Source of the DNA: a bacterium
Lineage (GTDB): Bacteria > UBA8248 > JACPRG01 > G963555815
DNA length: 64,000 nucleotides
Assembly: GCA_965261595.1 (NCBI GenBank)
Contig: CBDHDG010000005.1
Location: forward strand, 416,001-480,000
Direction: 5' to 3'
How positions within the stretch are numbered: the first letter of the stretch is position 1; each line of letters opens with the position of its first letter. Of the stretch, positions 29,575 to 39,669 are shown piece by piece. Position numbers and translations under genes: made by a program. The notes beneath the pieces are model-generated. The model was not told the DNA's origin, did no database searches, and worked only from the letters and a program-made list of their open reading frames with translations.

Positions 29575-30446
29575 AGCCCTTCGAGGTCATCGCGCCCGAT
29601 ACGGTCGAGGAGGCCGTCGAGGCGCTGGGGCACTACGGCGAATCCGCCCGGGTCATCGCCGGCGGGACGGCCCTGGCCTTGCTGATGCGCCAGGGCCTCT
29701 ACCGGCCCAAGGCCCTCGTCAACCTGAACGGGGTTCAGGGGTTTCGCGGGATTCGGGGAGATGCGGACGGCGGGGTCTTCATCGGTCCGCTGACCCCGCA
29801 CCGGGAGATCGAGCGGGACCCACTCCTGGCCGAACGGTTCCCCGCGCTGGCCGGGATGGCCCGCCATGTGGCCAATCCCCAGGTGAGGAACGTGGGGACG
29901 ATCGGCGGCAACCTCTGCCATGCCGACCCCGCTTCGGACCCGCCCACGGCCCTCATCGCGGCGGGCGCGGAGATCGCCGTCCTGGGTCCGGCGGGAGCGC
30001 GCTGCCTTGCGGCCGAGGACTTGTTCCGGGGATATTACGAGACATGCCTCGGCCCGGACGAGGTGTTGACGGGGATTCGGCTCCCCGCGCCCGAGCCGCG
30101 CTCGGGGATGGCGTACTTGCGGTACACGACGACGACCGAGGAAGACCGGCCCTTTGTCTGTGTGTGCGTCCGGCTGAAGGTGGGCGAGGGCGGGAGGCGG
30201 TGCGAAGACGCGCGGGTCGCCGTCGGCGCGGCGGGGCCGGCGCCCGTCCGGGCGATCGGCGCTGAGGAGGCGCTCCGGGGCGAGGACCTCTCCGAGGAGC
30301 TTTTGGCCGCCGCCGCCGAGCGCGCGATCGAGGGGATCGACCCCATCGGTGACGTCCGGGGCCCGGCGTCCTACCGGCTCGAGATGGTCAAGGTGTTCTT
30401 CCGCCGGGCCGCAAGCGCGGCCTGGACATCGGCGAAGGAGGCGTAG
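29571..30446 (+). CDS. FAD-binding subunit (CoxM/XdhB-like)
   Basis: [22 protein letters not shown]. Confidence 0.93.
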   Translation: MKPFEVIAPDTVEEAVEALGHYGESARVIAGGTALALLMRQGLYRPKALVNLNGVQGFRGIRGDADGGVFIGPLTPHREIERDPLLAERFPALAGMARHVANPQVRNVGTIGGNLCHADPASDPPTALIAAGAEIAVLGPAGARCLAAEDLFRGYYETCLGPDEVLTGIRLPAPEPRSGMAYLRYTTTTEEDRPFVCVCVRLKVGEGGRRCEDARVAVGAAGPAPVRAIGAEEALRGEDLSEELLAAAAERAIEGIDPIGDVRGPASYRLEMVKVFFRRAASAAWTSAKEA

Positions 30447-30931
30447 TGGAGGGGAAAGTCGATCACACGATCCGGTTGACGGTCAACGGCGAAGCCGTCG
30501 AGGAGACGGTCAAGTCCTCCGAGCTGCTGGTCGAGGTCATCCGGCGCCGTCTCGAGCTGACCGGAACCAAGCGGGGCTGCGAGAGCGGCGTCTGCGGGGT
30601 CTGCACGGTTGTTTGCGACGGCGCCGCCGTCAAGTCCTGTCTCCGGTTCGCGTTTCTGGTGGACGGCGCGGAGATCTTGACCGTGGAGGGGCTGGCCGAG
30701 GGAGAGGACCTTCACCCGATCCAGCAGGCGTTTTTGGAGAAGACGGGCATGCAGTGCGGCTTCTGTACGCCCGGCATGCTGATGACCGCCGTGGCCTTCC
30801 TGGCCGAGAACCCCGACCCCACGGAGGAGGAGATCCGCGACGCCCTCGTGGGGAACCTCTGCCGCTGCACCGGTTACGTCAACATCATCGCCTCGGTCCA
30901 TGCGGCCGCCGAGGCGCTTCGGTCGGGATAA
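30446..30931 (+). CDS. 2x[2Fe-2S] subunit (CoxS/XdhC-like)
   Basis: [33 protein letters not shown]. Confidence 0.95.
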   Translation: MEGKVDHTIRLTVNGEAVEETVKSSELLVEVIRRRLELTGTKRGCESGVCGVCTVVCDGAAVKSCLRFAFLVDGAEILTVEGLAEGEDLHPIQQAFLEKTGMQCGFCTPGMLMTAVAFLAENPDPTEEEIRDALVGNLCRCTGYVNIIASVHAAAEALRSG

Positions 30932-31110
30932 GGGCCTGGGGGGGGCCACACGTCTTCCAACCCGAAATTCTCACACGTATCGCGGGCGGTTATTACATTT
31001 CAACAAACTCGGAAAATGCCGGGTCTCCCCCGATAGGGCTCATGTTTCAGGGGGTGCGCCACGGAGAGCGCGTCCGCCCGGGCCTCCGCTGAATTCAGGA
31101 AATCATCTAA

Positions 31111-31150
31111 GGCGGCGCTGGCGGGCAAGCCGCCGGCGCCGCCCCTTGTT
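31111..31150 (+). terminator. GC-rich hairpin, likely terminator
   Basis: GGCGGCGCTGGCGG-GCAAG-CCGCCGGCGCCGCC followed by ccttgttt. Confidence 0.5.
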
Positions 31151-31511
31151 TGAGATTTTACGGGCCGGGGCCTGTCCCGATCTGGGTCGAAGGGATCGGC
31201 ATAAAAGGGGGGGAGAGATCTTCGGGAATATTTCTCGTCCAGTTGTCGTTATCTTATAAATGGTCAGTTAATCATGCTCTGACCGCCGCATTTCAATGGT
31301 TGGTTCATCTGGACGGGACGATCGTCTGGTGACCGACGCAAACCGGTCTTGTATTCGACAGGAGGGTTTCATGACTCACGAACCGGTAAGAACCCCTTGG
31401 GGGGTCCGGCGCGGGATTGCCGCGGTAATCCTCGTGATTATGCCCTTGACGCAGTGATACACTATATGTAGATCCCTCCCTTACATCGGCTGACCACAAG
31501 ATATAGGGGCG

Positions 31512-31541
31512 TTGACAATCCAGCCTTTTCCGACATAAACT
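31512..31541 (+). promoter_or_regulatory. sigma-70-like promoter for the methyltransferase
   Basis: TTGACA-N18-TAAACT immediately inside the left repeat. Confidence 0.5.
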
Positions 31542-32161
31542 TAACTTTCCTTGCCTAACAACAAATCGGACCACATGAGACCACATTCTACAGAATCGAG
31601 TCAGCGTACACGAACCCTTTATTATGGCGACAATTTGCCTGTCTTGAAAGACATGCCGGATGACTCCGTTGACCTGATCTATCTGGACCCGCCATTCAAT
31701 TCAAAAAAATCGTACAACATAATCTACCCTGACGATCTCGGACAGGTTCAGGCTTTCGAAGATACTTGGATATGGACGCCAGAATGCGACTCCTTGCTGG
31801 ATGAATTGGGAAGGGACGCTGATCTGTTCGGTCATCGTCGCGCTGTTCATCTTTTGGATAGCTTGGTTGAAGGTTTGGGCAAGACTAAGCAAATGTCCGC
31901 CTATCTCGTAAATATGTCGGCTAGGCTCATTGAAATGTATCGGCTGCTCAAACCCACTGGTTCGATCTATCTTCATTGCGACCCTACCGCTTCTCATTAT
32001 CTCAAGATCATGATGGACGCGATTTTCGGGGGTGAGAATTTCAGGAATGAGATCGTTTGGAAACGCTACGGTGCACACAATGATGTAGGTCAGGGTCCCC
32101 CGCTCTAGGGTTTTGTTGGACACTCGATTGATCCATGATTCATGGAGAAAGGGGTGTCGCG

Positions 32162-32548
32162 ATGAACGAACAAAAGCAAGAGGGGGCTTTGGCGGAGGGC
32201 GCCCGCAGGGCGAACGGAGCCAAGGCCCCAGGGCATCGCAGTGAGCGGGGTCGGTTCTCCTGCCAGCGCAAGCGGGAGGCGGTCCTGCGTCTTTTGCGGG
32301 GCGAGAGCCTGGAGACGCTCTGCCGCGAGTTGGGCACGACAGCGGCTCGGCTTTCCGCCTGGCGCGAGGCGTTCCTTCGCGGGGGCGAGGCGGCGCTCAA
32401 AGCCCGCCCGGCGGATGAGCGGGCCGAGGAGAACGCCCGGCTCAAGGCCAAGGTGGGCGAACTCACGATGGAGGGCGAGGTCCTGCGGGAGAAGATCGAC
32501 CGCCTGGAGGCCGGCCGCCCTTTAGCCGGCAGGAGGTGGAGGCGATGA
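32162..32548 (+). CDS. IS3 OrfA (HTH plus leucine zipper)
   Basis: RKREAVLRLLRGE...WREAF...LKAKVGELTME. Confidence 0.88.
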   Translation: MNEQKQEGALAEGARRANGAKAPGHRSERGRFSCQRKREAVLRLLRGESLETLCRELGTTAARLSAWREAFLRGGEAALKARPADERAEENARLKAKVGELTMEGEVLREKIDRLEAGRPLAGRRWRR

Positions 32549-33453
32549 GTCAGGCCCGCTTCACCTCCACGGGCAGAGCCTACGGCCTGAAGCGGGTGTG
32601 CGCCCTTTGGGGCTTGGCGCGCTCCACGGTCTACGCGCAACGGCGGCGAGAGGCGGTCCCCGTTCATGAACGCCCCACGCCCAATAAGCGCGGCCCTGTG
32701 GGCCCGTGCACCGATGCGGAACTCCTCGGCCACATCCGGCAGGTCCTGGAGGACTCTCCCTTCCATGGCGAGGGCTACCGCAAGGTGTGGGCGAGGCTGC
32801 GCTTCGCGGGCATCCGCACCAGCAAGGAGCGGGTGCGTCGCCTGATGCGGGAGGCGGGGCTTCAGGCCCCCCACCGGGTGGGCAAACCCCGAGGTCCCAA
32901 GGCCCACAACGGGACCATCCGCACCGAGCGGCCCGACCGAATGTGGGGCACGGACATGACGACGACGGTGACCACCGAGGAGGGGATGGCCTCGGTGTTC
33001 GTGGCGGTGGATCACTGCTCGGTGGACTGCGTGGGGATCCATGCGGCCAAGAGCGGCAACCGCTTCGAGGCCCTGGAGCCGATCCGGCAGGGGGTCGCCG
33101 AGCGCTTCGCCGGCTTGGAGGCGGATGTCGCCGAGGGGCTTAAAGTTCGTCACGACCACGGCCCCGCCTATCTGTCCGATGACTTTCAGCGGGAGATCGC
33201 CTACCTGGGCATGACCAGTTCGCCCAGCTTCGTGCGGGCGCCCGAGGGAAATGGCTACTGTGAGTGGTTTATCCGCATCTTGAAGGAGAATCTCCTGTGG
33301 GTGCGCTCTTTCGCCACCGTAGAGGAACTGCGGTGGGCGCTGCTTGAGTTCAAGAACCTGTACAACCATCATTGGATTCTCGAGGGCTACGGCTACCGAA
33401 CGCCGGCCCAGGCAAGGCAGGAAAAACTCGCTCAAGTTGCGGAGGCCGCATGA
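32545..33453 (+). CDS. IS3 OrfB DDE integrase-like transposase
   Basis: GYRKVWARL, WGTDMT, RHDHG, PEGNGYCE...LKE; ATGA overlap with orfA. Confidence 0.9.
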   Translation: MSQARFTSTGRAYGLKRVCALWGLARSTVYAQRRREAVPVHERPTPNKRGPVGPCTDAELLGHIRQVLEDSPFHGEGYRKVWARLRFAGIRTSKERVRRLMREAGLQAPHRVGKPRGPKAHNGTIRTERPDRMWGTDMTTTVTTEEGMASVFVAVDHCSVDCVGIHAAKSGNRFEALEPIRQGVAERFAGLEADVAEGLKVRHDHGPAYLSDDFQREIAYLGMTSSPSFVRAPEGNGYCEWFIRILKENLLWVRSFATVEELRWALLEFKNLYNHHWILEGYGYRTPAQARQEKLAQVAEAA

Positions 33454-35014
33454 GGTCGAATACCCTCACCCGAGTGTCCAATAACCCAGGGGCGGTCCAA
33501 GGGATCGCGACACTTTGGGCGAATTCATGATACGTTGTTGCTATATAGCAACGGAGAAAAACCAATATGGAACCAGATTTTCACGCCGCTTGATCCGCAA
33601 TATGTAGAAAAAACATACAGATACATAGAGGAAGATACAGGGAGACGCTTCACCACAACGCCACTAACCGGGCCCGGTGGTGAAGCGAAGGGTAACCCTA
33701 TCTATGAATGGAACGGACACACAAGAGCATGGAGGTACGGACGGGAGACGATGGAAAAGCTCGATAACGAGAAGCGTCTGTATTATTCCAAAACCGGCTA
33801 TCCAAGAAGGAAATTTTACCTTGAGGAGTCCCGTGGCATACCGGTTCAAGATATATGGAGCGACATAAGCTCTCTTTCCGGTGCCCATAAGGAACGTTTA
33901 GGATACCCTACCCAAAAACCCCTGGCACTCCTACAGCGCATCATCAAGGCATCGTCCAATCCGGGAGACCTAGTGCTTGATCCCTTCTGCGGATGCGGCA
34001 CTTCCATTGCGGCCGCTGAAATTATGAATAGAAAGTGGATTGGGATCGATATCACCTATTCCGCCATCGCTGCGATTCAGGAACGATTCAAGCGTCAGAA
34101 ACTCAATATATGGAATGACATTGAAGTCCTAAACATCCCAAAAACGACTGACGAGGTTGTCAAAAGATTACTGAGTGCAAAAGTCTCATCTACTTATGCT
34201 CGAAAAGAGTTTGAGAAATTTTGCGTCACCACGATCAACGGACTCCCGAATGGCAGAATGGGAGCCGATGGAGGGATCGATGGGCGTATTCCCCTTGTAG
34301 CCAAAAACCAGGCCATCGTTTCGGTTAAAAGTGGTCATGTGGGGGTGGAGCATGTTCGAGCGTTGAAGGGTTTGTTGGATGAGAAACAGATAGCGGGAGT
34401 TTTCATATCTCGACATAGCCCAACGAAACCGATGAAAGACTTCGCAGACACATCCGGCCTTTGCCGCATTCAAAGGAATGGTCTGTTTGACGTGTCCCCG
34501 TTTCCAAAAATGCAAATATTGACGCTCGAAGAAATACTACGGGGGAAGCTCCCTGAAGTGCCCTACGCGAACGCCGCCTAGGCGTCGCCCTATATATTGT
34601 GGTTAGCCCATGTGAGGGCGTGATCTATATGTTGTGGTCGTCTGCGTCAAGGGCATAATCACTCCGTTCCGTTCTTCGGCTGTGCGGCGCTTTCATCCAA
34701 GCCGATTCAGGACTTCAAGGCCGTCGCGGGGAAATGGGAGGGAAATCTAACACGTCAGGCTGCCCAGTACGGCACGACGACAGGCGCGGCCACTTGGTTG
34801 ATCAATGAGGACGGTACATTTGAGATGATTACGGGAAAGTGGCGGGCCAAGGGGACAATGAGAATCCAGGACGGAAAGATTGTCTATTCCGATGGCCCGC
34901 TGGCAAGCGGCATCGCATCCTTGCATGTAGGATCGGGCGGAAGGATATCGTACAGCACGGGCGACGCACCCGGCACCTTTGGGGCCTGGTCGCCCGCAAA
35001 GTAGACAGAGAATC

Positions 35015-35140
35015 AATGGGGTCAGACACGACTTTCACGCAACCCGTGTGCGGGTCGGGAGGGTAAGGCAGCCGCGCGCCTATCCGGGGCCCGGTTGTCG
35101 TTATGATGCGGGCCGCGATTGAATCGAGTCTGACCCCATT
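35015..35140. repeat. inverted repeat pair (REP/MITE-like)
   Basis: AATGGGGTCAGACACGACT (35015) against the reverse complement of 35122-35140, AATGGGGTCAGACTCGATT: 17/19 identical. Confidence 0.75.
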
Positions 35141-35145
35141 TTCTC

Positions 35146-35404
35146 AATCCACAGATTTCAGAGGATCTTCGGTTTTTTAAAATCTGTGTAATCTGCGAAT
35201 TCATAAGCCTTTAAAAAGACCCTGGAAATATCCAAAAATTTCGCAGATTACGCAGATAATTCCTGTGTTACAAAACCTTCAAATCTACCCAACCTGTGGA
35301 TTGATTAGTATTTGAAACGACATTGGAACCTTCCACTGAGTTCGCAGATCGCACAAATACTTCTTATTCTTTCAAATCTGTGCCATCTGTGTAATCTGTG
35401 GATT
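35146..35404. repeat. three palindromic units built from (C/G)CAGAT / ATCTG(T/C)G 9-mer repeats
   Basis: Units at about 35146-35201, 35238-35302 and 35341-35404, e.g. cgcagattacgcagat and atctgtgtaatctgtgg. Confidence 0.75.
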
Positions 35405-35418
35405 CATCGGCCTCTAAA

Positions 35419-37296
35419 TCAGTTGCCGGGCTTCTTGGCCTTGACCTTGAGCTTCCGTCCGAATGGATGGACTTCCCCGGGGCCGTGTCCGACGGGGAAC
35501 TTCTTCTTGGCCAGCCTCTTCCGGAGCGCCCGGGTCGCCTTGATGTCCACTTCGTATTCCAGCGCCTCGGGATCCCCCACCTTGATCGCCACGCCGTAGA
35601 TCTTTCGCGCGACCTCCAGGGAGATGAGCTCGTTCATCACGTCGTCCAGGACGAGCTGGGGGTCCCGTTTTCTCGGGTCGCCGAAACCTCCGCCGCCGTT
35701 GCTCCGAAAGTTGATCACGTCGCCGGGGCCGATCGGGACGCTCGCGGCGTGCATCCCCAGGCGGCGCTCCCGTTTGGTTCCCTCGTTGAGGGTCAGGGCG
35801 TTGGGCCCGCCGTTCAGTCCGCCGGACAGGCCGTAAGGGGTGACCTCCTCCCGGTCACCGTGGATGGTGATGACCCCCTCTCCCCACATCCGGTAGTGCC
35901 GCTGGAAGCCGAGACCGCCCCGGAACTTGCCGTGGCCGCAGGAGTCGGGGAGGACTTCGGCCTTGAGATAGGTGTACGGATACCAGCGCTCCAGGACTTC
36001 GACCGGCTGGTTGCAGGCCCCGCCGGCGAACATCATCATCATATAGCTGGGTCCGTCCCGGTCGACGCGCGCGCCCTGGCCCCCCTCCATCCAGTTGTAG
36101 GAGACGAACTGGTTCCCCGACCTCGGGTGCTTGCCGCCGCAGACGCAGTTCTCGAGATTTACCGTTCCGGCGTGAATCTGCGTCGGGTCCACCTGGGCCA
36201 AGGGCTGCGCCCAGCAGGCCATGACCGCGGCGTCCACCTTTTCATACGTCCCCGCGCAATACCCGGCCATGGGCGATGGGGGCAGGATGTGGACGGTGCT
36301 CCCCGGTATGCTCAGCAGCTCGATGGACCGGGTGATGCCGTTGTTGAGCGGGGTGAGGTGGGGGAAGCAATGAAGCGTGCCGTCGAACGCCGCCGAGATC
36401 AGCCCCGGATGCGTCAGGCCCGTGGGTCCCCTGGGCGCCGGATCGCTCTTCCGGAAGTCGAGGGAGGCCTGGTCCCCCCGGATGGTGAGGACACAGTGGA
36501 TCTTGACCCTGGGGTGGTCGGGATGCCCCTCGTCCATGTCGGAGTAGTCCGTGAATTCATACCTCCCGTCGGGCAGGCGGGAGACCTCGTGGCGGAGGAG
36601 CCGCTCGCCGTGGTTCATGGATTCCTCGAATGCCCGCGTGACGGTCTTGGCGCCGTACTTCTCCGCGTACTCCTGGATTCGCATCTCCATGACCTTCACG
36701 GCCTGGTACTGGGCCGCGAGGTCGCCCATGCGGTCGTGCGGGACGCGCACGTTCCAGCGGATCAGGTCGAAGCTCGACTTGACGGGCCGGTCCTGGTCGT
36801 AGAGCTTCATGGTGGGGACCAGGAGCCCCTCGGCGTGCACCTCGCGGGCGTTGGGGTTGAACGTCCCGGGAACAGGTCCGCCTATGTCGGTCCAGTGGCA
36901 GTTGGCGATGGTGAAGGCGATGTGCTCGCCCCGGTGGAAGACCGGCCGCACGAGGCGGACGTCCTGGGTGTGGGTCCCGCCCCGGTAGGGGTTGTTGAAC
37001 ATGTAGACGTCCCCCGGCCGGAAATCCTCTTCCACGTCCTCGATGATGCTCTGAACCGTCCCTTCGAAGGTCCCGAAGTGAGGGGTGTGGTCCCGGGTTC
37101 CGTGGGCGACGAGCCGGCCGTCGGCCGTCAACATGGAGACCGAGAAATCACGGCCCTCGGTGATGGCCGGGGCGTAGGCGATGCGCTCGATCATCGCGCT
37201 GCCCTGGGTGCAGAGGTCGCGAAACGCGCTGCGAAGCACCTCGAAGGTGATGCGGTCCATCTCGGGGAGGGGGGTTTTCTTTTTCGACTTGGCCAT
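35419..37296 (-). CDS. hydantoinase B / oxoprolinase family protein
   Basis: DRITFEV, EGRDFS, NNPYRGGTHTQD, HWTDIGG, NQPVEVLE, GGGGFGDP. Confidence 0.92.
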   Translation of the reverse strand: MAKSKKKTPLPEMDRITFEVLRSAFRDLCTQGSAMIERIAYAPAITEGRDFSVSMLTADGRLVAHGTRDHTPHFGTFEGTVQSIIEDVEEDFRPGDVYMFNNPYRGGTHTQDVRLVRPVFHRGEHIAFTIANCHWTDIGGPVPGTFNPNAREVHAEGLLVPTMKLYDQDRPVKSSFDLIRWNVRVPHDRMGDLAAQYQAVKVMEMRIQEYAEKYGAKTVTRAFEESMNHGERLLRHEVSRLPDGRYEFTDYSDMDEGHPDHPRVKIHCVLTIRGDQASLDFRKSDPAPRGPTGLTHPGLISAAFDGTLHCFPHLTPLNNGITRSIELLSIPGSTVHILPPSPMAGYCAGTYEKVDAAVMACWAQPLAQVDPTQIHAGTVNLENCVCGGKHPRSGNQFVSYNWMEGGQGARVDRDGPSYMMMMFAGGACNQPVEVLERWYPYTYLKAEVLPDSCGHGKFRGGLGFQRHYRMWGEGVITIHGDREEVTPYGLSGGLNGGPNALTLNEGTKRERRLGMHAASVPIGPGDVINFRSNGGGGFGDPRKRDPQLVLDDVMNELISLEVARKIYGVAIKVGDPEALEYEVDIKATRALRKRLAKKKFPVGHGPGEVHPFGRKLKVKAKKPGN

Positions 37297-37342
37297 GCGG
37301 CGGGGCTCCTCCAGCGTCATGTCACTTGCGTGACGGATCGGT

Positions 37343-39400
37343 TCAGCGTCCGTTGGGCGTGATGATCAGGTTCAGGTAGGTGTCCACCGTAGCGGCGGCG
37401 CCGGGCGGCAGAACCGTCGTCGAGTCGGGCTGCTCGATGATCGCCGGCCCGCGGAGGCGGTTCCCGACGCCCAACCCTTCCCGGTCATAGATCTTCGTCC
37501 GCGTAAATCCGCCGGCTTCCCGGAAATAGACCCGCCGGGACCCCTTCAAGGCGCTTTTCAGGCTGCCTTTCTTCCGGGACTTCCGCAGGCTCCCTTTCGG
37601 GACGACGCCGACGGCCGAGAGACGCGCGTTGCTGATCTCGACCTCGGCGTACTCGTCGGGGATCCGGTAGCCGAACTCTCTCTCATACGCCGTGACGAAT
37701 CCGTTCACGATGTCGTCCAGCGTCCCTTTCGTGACCCGGCCCGACGGCACGGGGATCGTCATGTATTTGGACTGGGGGAAATACTTCACGTCGGCGAGCC
37801 GGTGGAGCTCGACCCGTTCGAGCGGAATGTTTTCGCCCTTGAGGGTCCGCCGCGCCTCCGCCTCCAGGTCGCGGTACACCCGGGCCAGCTCGGTGTGGGA
37901 GAGCTGGTCCGACTTCTTCAGGATGGGCCGGATGAAGTCGTGGCGGACGTCCACGCGAAGCGCGCCGAAGGCCGAGGTGACCCCCGGATAGCGCGGGACG
38001 ATGACCTTGGGGATCTTGAGCTCGGCGGCCAAGGATACGGCGTGCATCGGTCCCGCCCCGCCGAATGCGACGAAGGCGAAGTCCCGGGGGTCGTACCCCC
38101 GGACCACGCTGATCAGCTTGACGGCGTTGATCATGTTGGCGTCGGCGAGCCGCAGGATTCCGTCGGCGGCCTCCTCGGCCGACATGCCCAGCGGACGGGC
38201 GATTTTGTTCTCGACCGCCTGTCGGGCCCGGACCGGATCCAGGGACATGGCGCCGCCCAGGAACTGATTCGGATCGATGACGCCGTGGACGACCTGGGCG
38301 TCCGTGTTGGTGGGTTCATCGCCTCCCCGGCCGTAGCAGGCCGGACCCGGGAAGGCGCCGGCGCTCTTCGGGCCGTTCTTGAGGGATCCGCCTTCGTCGA
38401 TCCAGGCGATGGAGCCGCCGCCCGTTCCGATGGTGGTGATGTCCACGCACGGGAAGCGGATGGGGATCGTGAATTCGACCTTGAAACCCGGTTGGAACAG
38501 CGGCTGTCCCTTCCAGACCAGGGACAGGTCCGCGCTCGTCCCGCCCATGTCGAACGTGATGAGGTTCTCTTGTCCGGCGAGCGAGCCGATGTACGCCCCG
38601 CCGACCACGCCGCCGGCGGGGCCGGACAGGCAGGTCCGGGCGGGGATGGTCCGCGCGAGATGGGTGCTCATGACCCCGCCCCCCGAATGAATGATCAGGA
38701 CGTCGCCGCCGAACCCCCACGCCCGGGTCCTGGATTCCAGCTCGGTCAGATACCCTTCGAGGATGGGCAGGAGGTACGCGTTGACGGTGGTGGTGCTGGT
38801 CCGCTCGAACTCGCGGATCTCTGGGAACACCTCCGAGGAGGTGCAAAGGAAGACCCCGGGAAGGAGCTTGGAGAGAACGGCCTTCGTCCGTTTCTCGTGA
38901 TCCGGATTCATGAAGGCGTTGATGAAGCAGACCGCCACGCTCTCGATCCCGCGCTTTTTGAAGATCCGGGCGATGCGCTTGAGCTCGCTTTCCTTCAGGG
39001 GCGTGAGGACTTCCCCTTCGAAACTGATCCGCTCCGGCACGGTCTGCCGGCTGTACCGGGGGACCAGAGGCGGGGCGGGGTCCCAGGTCAGGTCGAACAC
39101 ATCGGGGCGCTCCCCCCGGGCGCCTTCCAGGACGTCCCGGAAGCCTTCGGTGGTCACCAAGCCCGTCTTGGCGCCTTTGCGCTCGAGAATGGCGTTTGTG
39201 GCGATGGTCGAGCCGTGGCGGAAGGTGGTCATGTCCTTCGGGTCCAGGCCGGTTTTCTTCAGGACCTCCATCACGCCCTCGATGAACGTGGGGGGCGTGG
39301 AGGGCATCTTGTGGTTGGTGACCTGGCCGGTTTCCTCGTTGAGACACACCAAGTCCGTAAACGTTCCGCCGATGTCGATTCCCACGCTGTAACGGGCCAT
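37343..39400 (-). CDS. hydantoinase A / oxoprolinase family ATP-binding subunit
   Basis: GIDIGGTFTD, HGSTIATN, SGPAGG, DMGGTS, GTGGGS, FGGAGPMH. Confidence 0.93.
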   Translation of the reverse strand: MARYSVGIDIGGTFTDLVCLNEETGQVTNHKMPSTPPTFIEGVMEVLKKTGLDPKDMTTFRHGSTIATNAILERKGAKTGLVTTEGFRDVLEGARGERPDVFDLTWDPAPPLVPRYSRQTVPERISFEGEVLTPLKESELKRIARIFKKRGIESVAVCFINAFMNPDHEKRTKAVLSKLLPGVFLCTSSEVFPEIREFERTSTTTVNAYLLPILEGYLTELESRTRAWGFGGDVLIIHSGGGVMSTHLARTIPARTCLSGPAGGVVGGAYIGSLAGQENLITFDMGGTSADLSLVWKGQPLFQPGFKVEFTIPIRFPCVDITTIGTGGGSIAWIDEGGSLKNGPKSAGAFPGPACYGRGGDEPTNTDAQVVHGVIDPNQFLGGAMSLDPVRARQAVENKIARPLGMSAEEAADGILRLADANMINAVKLISVVRGYDPRDFAFVAFGGAGPMHAVSLAAELKIPKVIVPRYPGVTSAFGALRVDVRHDFIRPILKKSDQLSHTELARVYRDLEAEARRTLKGENIPLERVELHRLADVKYFPQSKYMTIPVPSGRVTKGTLDDIVNGFVTAYEREFGYRIPDEYAEVEISNARLSAVGVVPKGSLRKSRKKGSLKSALKGSRRVYFREAGGFTRTKIYDREGLGVGNRLRGPAIIEQPDSTTVLPPGAAATVDTYLNLIITPNGR

Positions 39401-39669
39401 TGTTTCTCCTTGAGGGCGTCGGGCCGCCCGGCGGCCCCGCCGGGGCCGCGAGGGCAAGCCATCATCCGGCCTGCCCGGGACGGGCCGGGCCATTCGGGGC
39501 TTATTCTCAATGGACTGGAGTCGAACGAAGCGAAAGGTCCGCCTCTATCGAGGGCGGTATTGTTACATTCCGACGTTCGCGAAGTCAACAAATTCGGATG
39601 ATCCGATGAAGACCGGCTTGCTCTTTCCCGCAGGTGGAAAGTCCTGAGGAGCGGTGGCTCCGTTGACCG

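Larger units (their letters stand above)
32096..33499 (+). mobile_element. IS3-family insertion sequence (1404 bp), 4-bp TSD AGGG
   Basis: Imperfect IRs share TTGGACACTCG; AGGG at 32092-32095 and 33500-33503; orfA/orfB layout. Confidence 0.92.
31575..34581 (+). pseudogene. N6/N4 DNA methyltransferase with a C-terminal PD-(D/E)xK (Mrr-like) domain, interrupted by an IS3-family element
   Basis: IYLDPPFNS, GSIYLHCD, YPTQKP, VLDPFCGCGT; C-terminal GADGGIDG...IVSVKSG. Removing the IS plus one AGGG restores NDVGQ-GSRHFGRIHD (532 aa). Confidence 0.9.
31434..34662. mobile_element. non-autonomous cassette with about 80-bp terminal inverted repeats carrying a DNA methyltransferase gene
   Basis: The first 21 nt GTGATTATGCCCTTGACGCAG are perfectly inverted at 34642-34662, and similarity continues to about 31511/34585. 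The interior is visibly AT-richer. Confidence 0.85.
31371..35004 (+). pseudogene. lipoprotein gene (about 134 aa) split by the inverted-repeat cassette: 31371-31433 + 34663-35004
   Basis: RBS AGGAGG. MTHEPVRTPWGVRRGIAAVIL joins in frame to SVPFFG-CAALSSKPIQDFKAVAGKWEG..., restoring a lipobox-type signal. Confidence 0.7.

Noticed and set aside
27253..30931. Aerobic CO dehydrogenase call
   Set aside because: The loop is AFRGFG, not AYxCSFR or AYRGAGR.
31432..34664. 2-bp TC target duplication for the cassette
   Set aside because: Removing one TC would put the rejoined lipoprotein out of frame, so it is probably coincidental; an empty allele is needed to settle it.
35146..35404. CRISPR array
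   Set aside because: The repeats are degenerate and inverted with irregular spacing, and there are no cas genes.
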